Shown here: positions 16,529 through 24,736 of the stretch, one piece after another
Position numbering within the stretch: the first letter of the stretch is position 1
Layout of the letters: each line of letters opens with the position of its first letter
Assembly (NCBI RefSeq): GCF_049243625.1
Contig: NZ_CP046975.1
DNA from: Corynebacterium amycolatum
GTDB taxonomy: Bacteria > Actinomycetota > Actinomycetes > Mycobacteriales > Mycobacteriaceae
Direction: 5' to 3' (one strand)
Length of the DNA stretch: 32,000 nucleotides
Translations under genes and position numbers: made by a program
Notes under the pieces: model-generated
Seen by the model: only the letters and a program-made list of their open reading frames with translations
Told to the model about the DNA's origin: nothing
Databases searched by the model: none

Positions 16529-18915
16529 ACATCCATGCCGGTTGCCGCCAGCAGGCGACCGGCCACCGCCTGGCCAAGACTCAAGCCGCCATCGCCCGGC
16601 GGCACGATTTGATGCTGCAACAGAGTAAAGCCCTCAGCTGCAACTTCGCGCCGTAGCAACTCCATTAACAGCGCATTATTCGCGCAACCCCCGCTGACAC
16701 CGACAACATCGGTTCCAGCTTCCTCCGCCGCCTGCACCAGTCGCTTGCCGACGACGCCCGCAACCCCACTGTGAAACAAGAATGCGGCCTGCTCAGCGTC
16801 AGGCGATGCTGCCGCCTCCGGGATGACGTCCTGGAGGGGCACCGGCTTCGTCTCTGAACTGATCGCTCCGAGCGCTTCCGCATGTGACCTCACGTAGCGA
16901 GTCGCCACTGCCTCCAACTCCATGGCCGCTTGCGCCTCGTAGCTGATGGCCGCGCCACCGCGCCAGCGAGGCAGCAGCAGAGCTGCGGCGGCATCGAATA
17001 TGCGGCCTAGAGACGAAGTTTGCACGGTGCCAATTCCCGTCGCCAGCTGGCTTTTAACCAGCGCTACTTCGTGTTCGTTGGAGAGGTTGCGCAAGAGACG
17101 GTCGTCGTCAAGCTCCCACTCGTGCGCGAGACCGAGGGCTAGCCGCCACGGATGCGTGACTGCACGATCGCCGCCTACCAATGGGAAAGAGGGGCAGTGC
17201 CAGGTGCGTTCCCAGTTTGCGGAACTGCGACTGAGCGTGAGGATCTCGCCGCCCCAGATGGAACCATCAGTGCCATAGCCAGTGCCGTCGAGGGTAGCGA
17301 CGACTGCGCGACCGGCACTGGGGGAAAGGAGGCGGTGTTCGGCGAGTAGGGAGAGCGCGTGGGCGAAGTGGTGTTGAACCGAGAGCAGTTCGATGTCGTG
17401 CTCGGCAGCGAAGCGTTCGGCGAAGGCGGTAGTGGCGTAGTCCGGGTGAAGGTCGCAGACGACAAAATCCGGGGTCGCGTCACGCATGGAAAGGAGCTGA
17501 TCAACTGCTTTCTGGTAGGCCTTCTGACTGGCCCACGAACCCATGTCACCAATGTGTGCGGAGACGTGAACGAGGTCCCCATGCGCGATCGCGAAAGTGT
17601 TCTTCAGCTCCCCGCCAGTCGCGAAAATGGTGGGTTGCGACGTACTACGGGCGCTGGTGCCGGTGCTAGTGCCCGTGTGGCTACGAGAATCGGTGGCCGT
17701 GATTGAAACGGGGATGGGAGCGAAGCCACGGGACCGGCGCGATGGGGCGGTGCCGATGAAAACCGAATCTTCAACGGGGACGTGGATTTCGCGGTCGTGG
17801 AGGATGAAAGCGTCGGCGATGTGACCGAGCTTCTTCAGCGCGTCGGCATTGTCGGTGCACACGGGCTCGCCACTGAGGTTGCCGCTGGTGACCACGAGCG
17901 GGCGATCGCAAAGCAACAGGTGAATGCCTGAGTATGGAAGCATAATGCCGAAGCTGTCGAGGCCAGGGGCGATGAGATCGGAAAGCGGCCCCGACCGCTG
18001 CTTCGGCGCGATCACAATCGGTGCCTCAGGGGAGTCGAGGAAACGCTTCTCCTGCTCAGTTAACTCAACCAGTTGGGCAGCGGTGTCAACAGTGGGAGCC
18101 ATTACCGCCAGCGGTTTGTCGGGTCGACGCTTGCGCATCCGTAGTTTCTCGCAGGCAGCGCCATTGGCGGCATCGCAGACCAGGTGAAAACCACCAATAC
18201 CTTTGACGGCGAGCAAGGCGCCGTCGTCAAGCAGCGCGTGTGCGCGACGAAAGAGTGCGAGAACCTCCTCGCGGGAGGTAGCGGTGGTGGTGCCGCCTGC
18301 ATCGTGCCAGCTCAGATGCGGTCCGCAGTCGAAACAGCTGATTGGCTGGGCGTGATAGCGGCGGTCGGTGGGGTCGGTGTATTCGCGCTCACACGGGGTG
18401 CACATCGGAAAGGCCGCCATAGTGGTGCGCGGGCGGTCGTAGGGCAGTTCAGTGATGATGGACAGACGCGGCCCGCAGTTGGTGCAGGAAATGAAAGGGT
18501 AGAGGTAGCGCGGGTTGGTAGGGTCGAAAAACTCACGGCGGCAGTCCGGGCACAGTGCGGTGTCGGGCGGAAGCAGCGCGCGGCCGGGGTAGCTGTGGCG
18601 AGAGGACACGATGGTGAACTCGCGCTCATGGCCCAGCGCAGCGATGTGCTCGGCGGAGTGATTGATGATGCGGGCAAGCGCCGGCAGTTCGGTGAAAAGC
18701 TGGCTGCGGAAGGCCGCGAGGGCGTCCGACGTGCCTTCTACCTCGATGAATACGCCCTGCTCATCATTGCCGCAGAAGCCGACGAGACCCGCGCGCCGGG
18801 CGATGGTGGCCACAAAAGGGCGGAATCCGACCCCCTGGACGATTCCTTCGATACGCCAGCGAATGCGTTGAATGCCCGTGCCCATCCCCGCCCCGGTCGT
18901 GCCTGCCTTTTCCAT
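16525..18915 (-). CDS. hypF: Carbamoyltransferase HypF
   Basis: It has an acylphosphatase-like N-terminus (IEGIVQGVGFRPFV) and two zinc-finger pairs (CPDCRREF…CTNCGPR; CTPCEREY…CFDCGPH), followed by YrdC-like and Kae1-like parts. ATG 18915 was chosen (alternative 18885). The ORF-track start at 19044 would cross the hypA start. Confidence 0.85.
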   Translation of the reverse strand: MEKAGTTGAGMGTGIQRIRWRIEGIVQGVGFRPFVATIARRAGLVGFCGNDEQGVFIEVEGTSDALAAFRSQLFTELPALARIINHSAEHIAALGHEREFTIVSSRHSYPGRALLPPDTALCPDCRREFFDPTNPRYLYPFISCTNCGPRLSIITELPYDRPRTTMAAFPMCTPCEREYTDPTDRRYHAQPISCFDCGPHLSWHDAGGTTTATSREEVLALFRRAHALLDDGALLAVKGIGGFHLVCDAANGAACEKLRMRKRRPDKPLAVMAPTVDTAAQLVELTEQEKRFLDSPEAPIVIAPKQRSGPLSDLIAPGLDSFGIMLPYSGIHLLLCDRPLVVTSGNLSGEPVCTDNADALKKLGHIADAFILHDREIHVPVEDSVFIGTAPSRRSRGFAPIPVSITATDSRSHTGTSTGTSARSTSQPTIFATGGELKNTFAIAHGDLVHVSAHIGDMGSWASQKAYQKAVDQLLSMRDATPDFVVCDLHPDYATTAFAERFAAEHDIELLSVQHHFAHALSLLAEHRLLSPSAGRAVVATLDGTGYGTDGSIWGGEILTLSRSSANWERTWHCPSFPLVGGDRAVTHPWRLALGLAHEWELDDDRLLRNLSNEHEVALVKSQLATGIGTVQTSSLGRIFDAAAALLLPRWRGGAAISYEAQAAMELEAVATRYVRSHAEALGAISSETKPVPLQDVIPEAAASPDAEQAAFLFHSGVAGVVGKRLVQAAEEAGTDVVGVSGGCANNALLMELLRREVAAEGFTLLQHQIVPPGDGGLSLGQAVAGRLLAATGMDV

Positions 18916-18970
18916 GCGTTCAACTTTACGTAAGCGACTCGGGTCCGTTCGCACTGCTACTTTGGAGATT

Positions 18971-19309
18971 GTGCACGAAGTAGCGTTGAGCATGCAGTTG
19001 GCGAAGGTTGTCACGAGAGCAGCCGAGGGGCGGAATGTACGCACTGTGCACCTGCGGATAGGCGCTCTGCGTCAGGTTGTTCCAGAAACCCTTTCATACG
19101 CGTGGGATTTCGTCAGTCGCGATACCGGTTTGGGGCACGCGAAATTGGAGATTGACTGGGTACCTGCCGTTGTCGAATGCGCGCACGGCCATCGCGAACA
19201 GGTCGGGCCACTCGACGGTCTGCTGTGCCCCACGTGCGGAAAGCCCGGACGCGTAATCTCGGGGGAAGAGTTCACAATCGTCGACATCGACGTCGACGCG
19301 CACAAGTAG
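18971..19309 (+). CDS. hypA: Hydrogenase nickel-insertion protein HypA (copy 1)
   Basis: The GTG at 18971 is preceded by GGAGA and yields the canonical N-terminus M-H-E (MHEVALSMQL…). The C-terminal metal motif is …CAHGH…CPTCG. Confidence 0.85.
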   Translation: MHEVALSMQLAKVVTRAAEGRNVRTVHLRIGALRQVVPETLSYAWDFVSRDTGLGHAKLEIDWVPAVVECAHGHREQVGPLDGLLCPTCGKPGRVISGEEFTIVDIDVDAHK

Positions 19310-19325
19310 GAAAGACGGTTTAATC

Positions 19326-20132
19326 ATGGGACGTTTCCACCGGCACGACGGCGATGACGCACACCACCACCATCATCATGACCATGACCACCACCACGGC
19401 CATGACCACGTTCATCTCGCCGACCCCAATGACACCAGCCACGGCGACCACTCGGGTTATGAAACTGGTGTGGAACGCGTGACCATCCTCGAGGACATCT
19501 TCAGCGAGAACGACCACCGCGCGGAGCATAATCGCGAGTTGCTTGCCGAACATGGTGTTGAGGCCATCAACCTGATGAGCTCCCCGGGTTCAGGCAAGAC
19601 CGCGCTGTTGGAGAAGACACTGGTGGCTGCGCAGGGCAAGCTGCGCGTCGGCATTATCGAGGGCGATATTGAGACGGCCCTCGATGCCGATCGCCTGGAG
19701 GGCTACGGGGCACAGATTTCGCTGCTGAACACGGGCAACGGATTCGGTGGCGAATGCCACTTGGATGCTCCCATGGTCTCCCGCGCGCTCGAGGGGCTGA
19801 ATCTGGACACGCTTGACCTGGTCATGATTGAAAATGTGGGAAACCTCGTCTGTCCGGCTGAGTTTGAGGTCGGTGAGACTCGCAAGGCAATGGTCTACTC
19901 CATTACTGAAGGTGAGGATAAGCCGGTCAAGTATCCGGTGATGTTCCGCTCTGTGCAGGTAGTGGTTATCAACAAGATGGATCTTGCCCCGTACCTTGAC
20001 TTCGACATGGAGCTCTTCCGCGCCAACCTGGAAAAGGTCAATCCAGGGGTGAAGGTGATTGAGGTCTCCGCTAAGACCGGGGAGGGCATCGACGAATGGC
20101 TCCGTTGGGTCAACCCTGCGCTGGTTGATTAA
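19326..20132 (+). CDS. hypB: Hydrogenase nickel-incorporation GTPase HypB with His-rich N-terminus
   Basis: 268 aa with a His stretch (DDAHHHHHHDHDHHHGHDHVH), the P-loop SSPGSGKTALLEK, and ENVGNLVCPA. Confidence 0.9.
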   Translation: MGRFHRHDGDDAHHHHHHDHDHHHGHDHVHLADPNDTSHGDHSGYETGVERVTILEDIFSENDHRAEHNRELLAEHGVEAINLMSSPGSGKTALLEKTLVAAQGKLRVGIIEGDIETALDADRLEGYGAQISLLNTGNGFGGECHLDAPMVSRALEGLNLDTLDLVMIENVGNLVCPAEFEVGETRKAMVYSITEGEDKPVKYPVMFRSVQVVVINKMDLAPYLDFDMELFRANLEKVNPGVKVIEVSAKTGEGIDEWLRWVNPALVD

Positions 20133-20373
20133 GCGCGCGCCGGGGGGGCGTCGTGAAGCAATGGGGGGGCATTACGGCATGCTTGACGACGGTCCCGCCA
20201 CCCCCTCGTTTCGCTCCACCTTAGTGGGGGATAGGTGATATCCCGCTGTAATCTGCGGCGGTTTTTCACGTTCATTCCCTGTACCTGGAGCTATATTTAC
20301 GCAACAGTTATCTTGCATATTATTTTGTTATAACCGCAGCGCAGCGCCATTATTCAGGTTGTTCTTAGGTCGC

Positions 20374-20379
20374 TATACT
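20374..20379 (+). promoter_or_regulatory. -10-like hexamer TATACT in the AT-rich region upstream of the hydrogenase structural genes
   Basis: This is the only good TAnnnT match in the AT-rich half (about 20270-20465) of the 333-nt intergenic region. No clear -35 is visible. Confidence 0.25.
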
Positions 20380-20465
20380 TGGCCATGTATAGGCAATGGG
20401 CCTGGGTAGTTGTAAAACCTCGAAACCAATATTCCTAATAACTAAGCAGAAGGCGCAGCGAAAAA

Positions 20466-21704
20466 ATGATTAGTGGCGCGAATTGGCAGGAAGGCACCCT
20501 CGGCGACAACCTCGCTAGAGCTGGTGTCTCACGGCGCAGTTTCATGAAGTTTTGTGGCACCATGGCGGCAATTTTTGCCGCGGGAACTCCGAATGTCGGT
20601 GAGGCCGCGGCGCAGTCGCTGACTCCCTCGGCGGAGGAAATCGCAGACAAGCTCTCAGCTGTAAAGAAGCCGAAGGTGGCTTGGTTGCAATTGCAGGAGT
20701 GCACCGGATGTATGGAATCCGTATTGCGTTCCGGAGGCACTACTGCTGAAGACGTGGTGCTGAACTTAGTTTCGATGGACTATAACGAGCTGCTCATGGC
20801 GCCGTCCGGGCACGCGGCCGAAAAGGCTTTGGATGACATGAATGCCGAGGACCACATTCTGGTGGTCAATGGCTCGATCCCGACCGGCGAGCACGGTGCG
20901 TATTGCACCATCGGCGGTAAGTCGGCAGAACAAGTGCTGCTCGAGGCTGCTGAGAAGGCCACGGCAATCCTGGCCGTTGGTGCCTGTGCTGTCTGGGGTT
21001 CTGTTCAGGCCGCTAAGCCGAATCCGACCGGCGCTAAGGGCGTCGATGAGATTATCAAGGACAAGCCGGTGATTAATGTCTCTGGTTGTCCGCCGATTGG
21101 TGAGGTTATTACCGCCACTCTGACGTACGTGCTCACTTATGGCAAGACTCCGGAGGTTGACGCTGAGGGGCGGCCAAAGTTTGCCTACGACCAGCGTATT
21201 CACGACTCCTGTCCGCGCCGCGCACATTATGATGCCGGTCAGTTCGTGAAAACCTTCGATGACGAGGGTGCACGCAACGGCTGGTGCCTTTACGAGGTCG
21301 GCTGTAAGGGGCCATCCACGTTTAGCCCATGCCCAATCGTGCAGTGGAACCTTAAGTCTGGCTGGCCAATCGGTGCTGGTCACCCATGTATTGGCTGTAC
21401 TGAGAAGGACTTCTTCGACCAGTTCACTCCGTTCTATGACAAGCTGCCGGGTATCCCGGGTATTGGGGTGGAGTCCAGTGTGAACAAGGTCGGCGTTGGA
21501 CTGCTGGCTGCTACTGCTGCGGGTACCGCAGTCCATGGCGGACTTACATTGGTGAAGGAACTGAAGATAAGGCGCTCCAACGGCGAAGAAAAGGTGTTGG
21601 CTGCGTTTGGTGGTGTGGAAGGCCGAAAGCCTCCGATGGTCGACCTTCCTTCAAACTCACCGGGCACGCAGAGTGAGACAGCATCCGATTCGAAGGACAA
21701 CTAA
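20466..21704 (+). CDS. hupS: [NiFe]-hydrogenase small subunit, Tat-exported and membrane-anchored
   Basis: 412 aa. It has a twin-arginine signal (GVSRRSFMKFCG…AAAQ), proximal-cluster motifs QECTGCMES and ACAVWGSVQAAKPNPT, and distal/medial Cys motifs (HDSCPRRAHYD, CLYEVGCKGP, GHPCIGCTE). A C-terminal hydrophobic anchor (VGVGLLAATAAGTAVHGGLTLV) is followed by a 49-aa tail. Confidence 0.9.
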   Translation: MISGANWQEGTLGDNLARAGVSRRSFMKFCGTMAAIFAAGTPNVGEAAAQSLTPSAEEIADKLSAVKKPKVAWLQLQECTGCMESVLRSGGTTAEDVVLNLVSMDYNELLMAPSGHAAEKALDDMNAEDHILVVNGSIPTGEHGAYCTIGGKSAEQVLLEAAEKATAILAVGACAVWGSVQAAKPNPTGAKGVDEIIKDKPVINVSGCPPIGEVITATLTYVLTYGKTPEVDAEGRPKFAYDQRIHDSCPRRAHYDAGQFVKTFDDEGARNGWCLYEVGCKGPSTFSPCPIVQWNLKSGWPIGAGHPCIGCTEKDFFDQFTPFYDKLPGIPGIGVESSVNKVGVGLLAATAAGTAVHGGLTLVKELKIRRSNGEEKVLAAFGGVEGRKPPMVDLPSNSPGTQSETASDSKDN

Positions 21705-21715
21705 GGGCATAGGAC

Positions 21716-23464
21716 ATGGCTACGGAAAAAGTTGTAATTGACCCGATTACCCGAATCGAGGGACACCTTCGCATTGAGCTGGAACGCGAGGGAGACCAGA
21801 TTAAAACCGCGTGGAGTGAGACCACTCAGTTCCGCGGCATCGAAACCATTGTGAAAAACCGCGATCCTCGCGATGTCTGGGCGTTCGTTGGTCGTATCTG
21901 TGGTGTGTGCACGGGTACTCACTCGGTGGCATCTATTGCTGCGGTCGAAGATGCCATTGGCTCGACACCGCCCCCGCAGGCACGTCGTATTCGCGACCTG
22001 GTGATTGGCTCGCAGGAGATTCACGACCACGTCGTGCACTTCTACCATCTTCACGGGTTGGACTGGATTGATGTCACGAAGGCTCTCGAGGCAGATCCGA
22101 AGAAGACCGTTGAGTTCGCGCAGTCGATCGGCTCGACGTGGAAGGGCAATAACGAAGAAACCTTCGCCCGAGTCAAGGACACCGTGCAGGGCATTGTGGA
22201 CTCCGGCCAGCTGTCCATCTTCACCGGCGGCTACTGGGGGCATGAGGACTACCGCTTGCCGCCCGAGGCCAACCTGATGGCAGTGTCGCACTACCTCGAC
22301 GCCTTGGCTTTCCAGCGCTCTATCATCCGCATTAACACCGTATTTGGCGGTAAGAATCCCCACCCGAACTTCCTGGTCGGAGGTATGGCGTGCTCCATAG
22401 ACCCGGAACGCTCGGAGACGGTCAACCAAGTCGGCATTGACCAGATCAAGTCCTGGATCGATGAGATCGTGGAGTTCGTCAATGACTGCTTCTACCCAGA
22501 TGCAGTCGCCATTATGAGCGTTTACAAGGATTACTTCGACATCGGTCGCTCCTCCGACAGCTTCCTGGCGGTCGGCATGGCCGGTGCCACTTACTCCGGC
22601 GACCCGGCTAAGTCCCGTGTCCAGACCGTGCATCCAAACATCAAGCCCGGTGTCATTCTCGACGGTGATTACACCAAGCTCCACCCATTCCAGCCGGAGA
22701 AGATCGAGGAATTCATTAACTCCGCCTGGTACACGCAGGAAGCAGGCGACGATGTCGGCCTCAAGCCGTACGACGGTGAAACCACAGTGAACTACACCGG
22801 ACCGAAACCGCCGTACGAGTGGCTGTCCGACAATGAAAAGTACACCTGGTCGAAAGCGCCGCGTTACGACGGTCGCGCTGTTCAAGTCGGCCCGGTTGCA
22901 CGTGTGCTGTTGGCGTACCTGCAGAAGGAGTCGGAGACGGTGCGCCTGGTCGACGAGGTTATGGACAAGCTCGACCTACGCATTGAGCAGATGAACTCCA
23001 CTGCGGGACGCACCTACGCTCGTGCCGTGGAATCTGTGACTACCGCCAATTACTTGGCAGATCACATTTTCCCAGAGTTCGTTGAGGCCTTGAAGAACGG
23101 CGATATTGATGTCTTCGACAACAGCCGTTGGGAGCCGTCCTCGTGGCCGGAAAAGTGCCAGGGCGTGGGCTTTCTCGAGGTCGCTCGTGGCATGCTCAGC
23201 CACTGGGTCAAAATCGAAAATGGCAAGGTGACCAACTACCAAGCCGTGGTTCCTACCACGTGGCTGGCCGGTGGCCGTGACCCCAAGGGGCAGCTTGGCC
23301 CGTACGAGCACGCGCTGGCTGGCGATGGCACGCATCCGCTGGTCGATCCTGAGCAGCCGCTTGAGCCACTTCGCACGATTCATTCCTTCGACCCATGTAT
23401 GGCCTGCGCAGTCCATGTTTTGGATCCGTCTGGTCAGGAGATGTTTAAGGTGACGACGGCATGA
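21716..23464 (+). CDS. hupL: [NiFe]-hydrogenase large (catalytic) subunit
   Basis: 582 aa with N-terminal ITRIEGHLRIE, active-site pairs RICGVCTGTH and DPCMACAVH, and a 15-aa C-terminal extension (VLDPSGQEMFKVTTA) of the kind removed by the maturation protease. Confidence 0.92.
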   Translation: MATEKVVIDPITRIEGHLRIELEREGDQIKTAWSETTQFRGIETIVKNRDPRDVWAFVGRICGVCTGTHSVASIAAVEDAIGSTPPPQARRIRDLVIGSQEIHDHVVHFYHLHGLDWIDVTKALEADPKKTVEFAQSIGSTWKGNNEETFARVKDTVQGIVDSGQLSIFTGGYWGHEDYRLPPEANLMAVSHYLDALAFQRSIIRINTVFGGKNPHPNFLVGGMACSIDPERSETVNQVGIDQIKSWIDEIVEFVNDCFYPDAVAIMSVYKDYFDIGRSSDSFLAVGMAGATYSGDPAKSRVQTVHPNIKPGVILDGDYTKLHPFQPEKIEEFINSAWYTQEAGDDVGLKPYDGETTVNYTGPKPPYEWLSDNEKYTWSKAPRYDGRAVQVGPVARVLLAYLQKESETVRLVDEVMDKLDLRIEQMNSTAGRTYARAVESVTTANYLADHIFPEFVEALKNGDIDVFDNSRWEPSSWPEKCQGVGFLEVARGMLSHWVKIENGKVTNYQAVVPTTWLAGGRDPKGQLGPYEHALAGDGTHPLVDPEQPLEPLRTIHSFDPCMACAVHVLDPSGQEMFKVTTA

Positions 23465-24729
23465 CCCCCTCAGTGAGTGAAAATCCGGAACTGCGACTAA
23501 AGGATTCCAAGGGCAACCCCCTGGTTATTGCGGTTATTGACGCACACACCAGCCACTGGTTGTCGCCATCTGAGGTCATTCAGGCCGCAGCAATTGTCCC
23601 GGACGAGTCCCGCGATCCTGTCGACCTTGCGCTGAAGGTCAGCTTGCGTCGTCGTCGTGACGATCTTTTCCACCTCGACGGCACGCCACTGATGAAATTG
23701 ACCCCGGATTCGTACGATCCGGCAACACCGGATCGCCGTTACTCCATCGCTAAGGTGCACGGTCTCAATATCGCCGATCAAACGGTCGATGTGGCAATCA
23801 TGCGTGGTGAACTGGACTCAGTCGTAGAGGCATCCACGATGTCCCGCGAGGAAGGTGTTCTACTTCGTCGTAACGCGAACATGCACCATGGCCGCGGTCA
23901 TCGCAGCATGGGGGTCGCTCTCGCGCCCATTGACAAAGACGGAAATATCATCGGAGAGTTCATCTTCGAAGGATTCGTGGCAATGGGGCTGCGGAAACTC
24001 GACGAGGCCATTGCGGAGAACAAGAAGGGTTCCGGTTCGTGGGTCGAGGTTCACCTGTGGGGATGGGCGCTGCGCGTTCAACATTGGTTGAACCTGGCGC
24101 TGATGTTGGTGATGACCTTTACTGGCTGGTACATCATGCAGCCCTATTTGACCGAGCGCACCTATGACGGCACGGCCGCGGGTTTTGCGATGGGGTATGT
24201 GCGTTTCGCGCACTTCTTAGCCGGATTCCTATGGATTGCGGTGGGATTGTGGCGTGCCATTCTGTTGTTTGTTACCCACGACCGACAAACACGATGGCGT
24301 GCGCTATGGCCGATTTATAACAAGCAGGATGTTAAAGACCTCTGGCACACGATGCAGTACTACCTCTTCCTGCGCAAGGAAGGGCCGTTCTACTTCGCGC
24401 ACAATCCGCTGCAGCAGCTGGCATACACCGGTATTTACGCGATGTGTTTCATCCAGATGCTCACAGGTTTGTCGCTATATGCGATGATGGATCAGTCCAA
24501 CTGGTTCTTCCAGCTGTTGGCTATGCCCACGCACTGGATTGGCATCGGTTACTTCCGCCTGATTCACACAATCATCATGTACCTGATTTGGCTCTTCGCC
24601 ATCATTCACGTCTACCTGGTCATCCGCTCCGATGCGGTGCACAACCACGGTGGTCTGTCCTCGATGATTGGTGGCTCTGTCTGGCTACCGCGCGGCACGC
24701 AACCGGTTGACTCTCCACGCATTGGATAG
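23461..24729 (+). CDS. cybH: Ni/Fe-hydrogenase b-type cytochrome subunit fused to an unassigned ~174-aa N-terminal domain
   Basis: 422 aa. The ATG overlaps the large-subunit stop (ATGA). Residues from about 195 onward (VEVHLWGWALRVQHWLNLALMLVMTFTGWYI…) show four hydrophobic helices with conserved His, like HyaC/HupC. Residues 1-174 have no motif I recognise. Confidence 0.8.
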   Translation: MTPSVSENPELRLKDSKGNPLVIAVIDAHTSHWLSPSEVIQAAAIVPDESRDPVDLALKVSLRRRRDDLFHLDGTPLMKLTPDSYDPATPDRRYSIAKVHGLNIADQTVDVAIMRGELDSVVEASTMSREEGVLLRRNANMHHGRGHRSMGVALAPIDKDGNIIGEFIFEGFVAMGLRKLDEAIAENKKGSGSWVEVHLWGWALRVQHWLNLALMLVMTFTGWYIMQPYLTERTYDGTAAGFAMGYVRFAHFLAGFLWIAVGLWRAILLFVTHDRQTRWRALWPIYNKQDVKDLWHTMQYYLFLRKEGPFYFAHNPLQQLAYTGIYAMCFIQMLTGLSLYAMMDQSNWFFQLLAMPTHWIGIGYFRLIHTIIMYLIWLFAIIHVYLVIRSDAVHNHGGLSSMIGGSVWLPRGTQPVDSPRIG

Positions 24730-24736
24730 GAGATCA

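Noticed and set aside
19338-19400. CAC/CAT/GAC-rich nucleotide repeat.
   Set aside because: It is the coding sequence of the His/Asp-rich nickel-storage N-terminus of HypB, a normal feature of this family and not an independent repeat element.
20133-20270. Metal-sensing (NiCo-type) riboswitch or a clean hypB terminator in the GC-rich half of the intergenic region.
   Set aside because: Hairpins are present, but I cannot recognise the conserved riboswitch core. The only T-run follows a 4-bp stem. I report it as an unexplained structured region rather than a called RNA element.
20466-21704. O2-tolerant 6-Cys ([4Fe-3S]) proximal cluster in the small subunit.
   Set aside because: The two diagnostic positions read Gly (ECTGC) and Ser (WGSVQAA), not Cys.
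23380-23464. [NiFeSe] / selenocysteine-containing large subunit.
   Set aside because: The C-terminal motif is DPCMACAVH with ordinary Cys codons. There is no in-frame TGA and no SECIS-like context.
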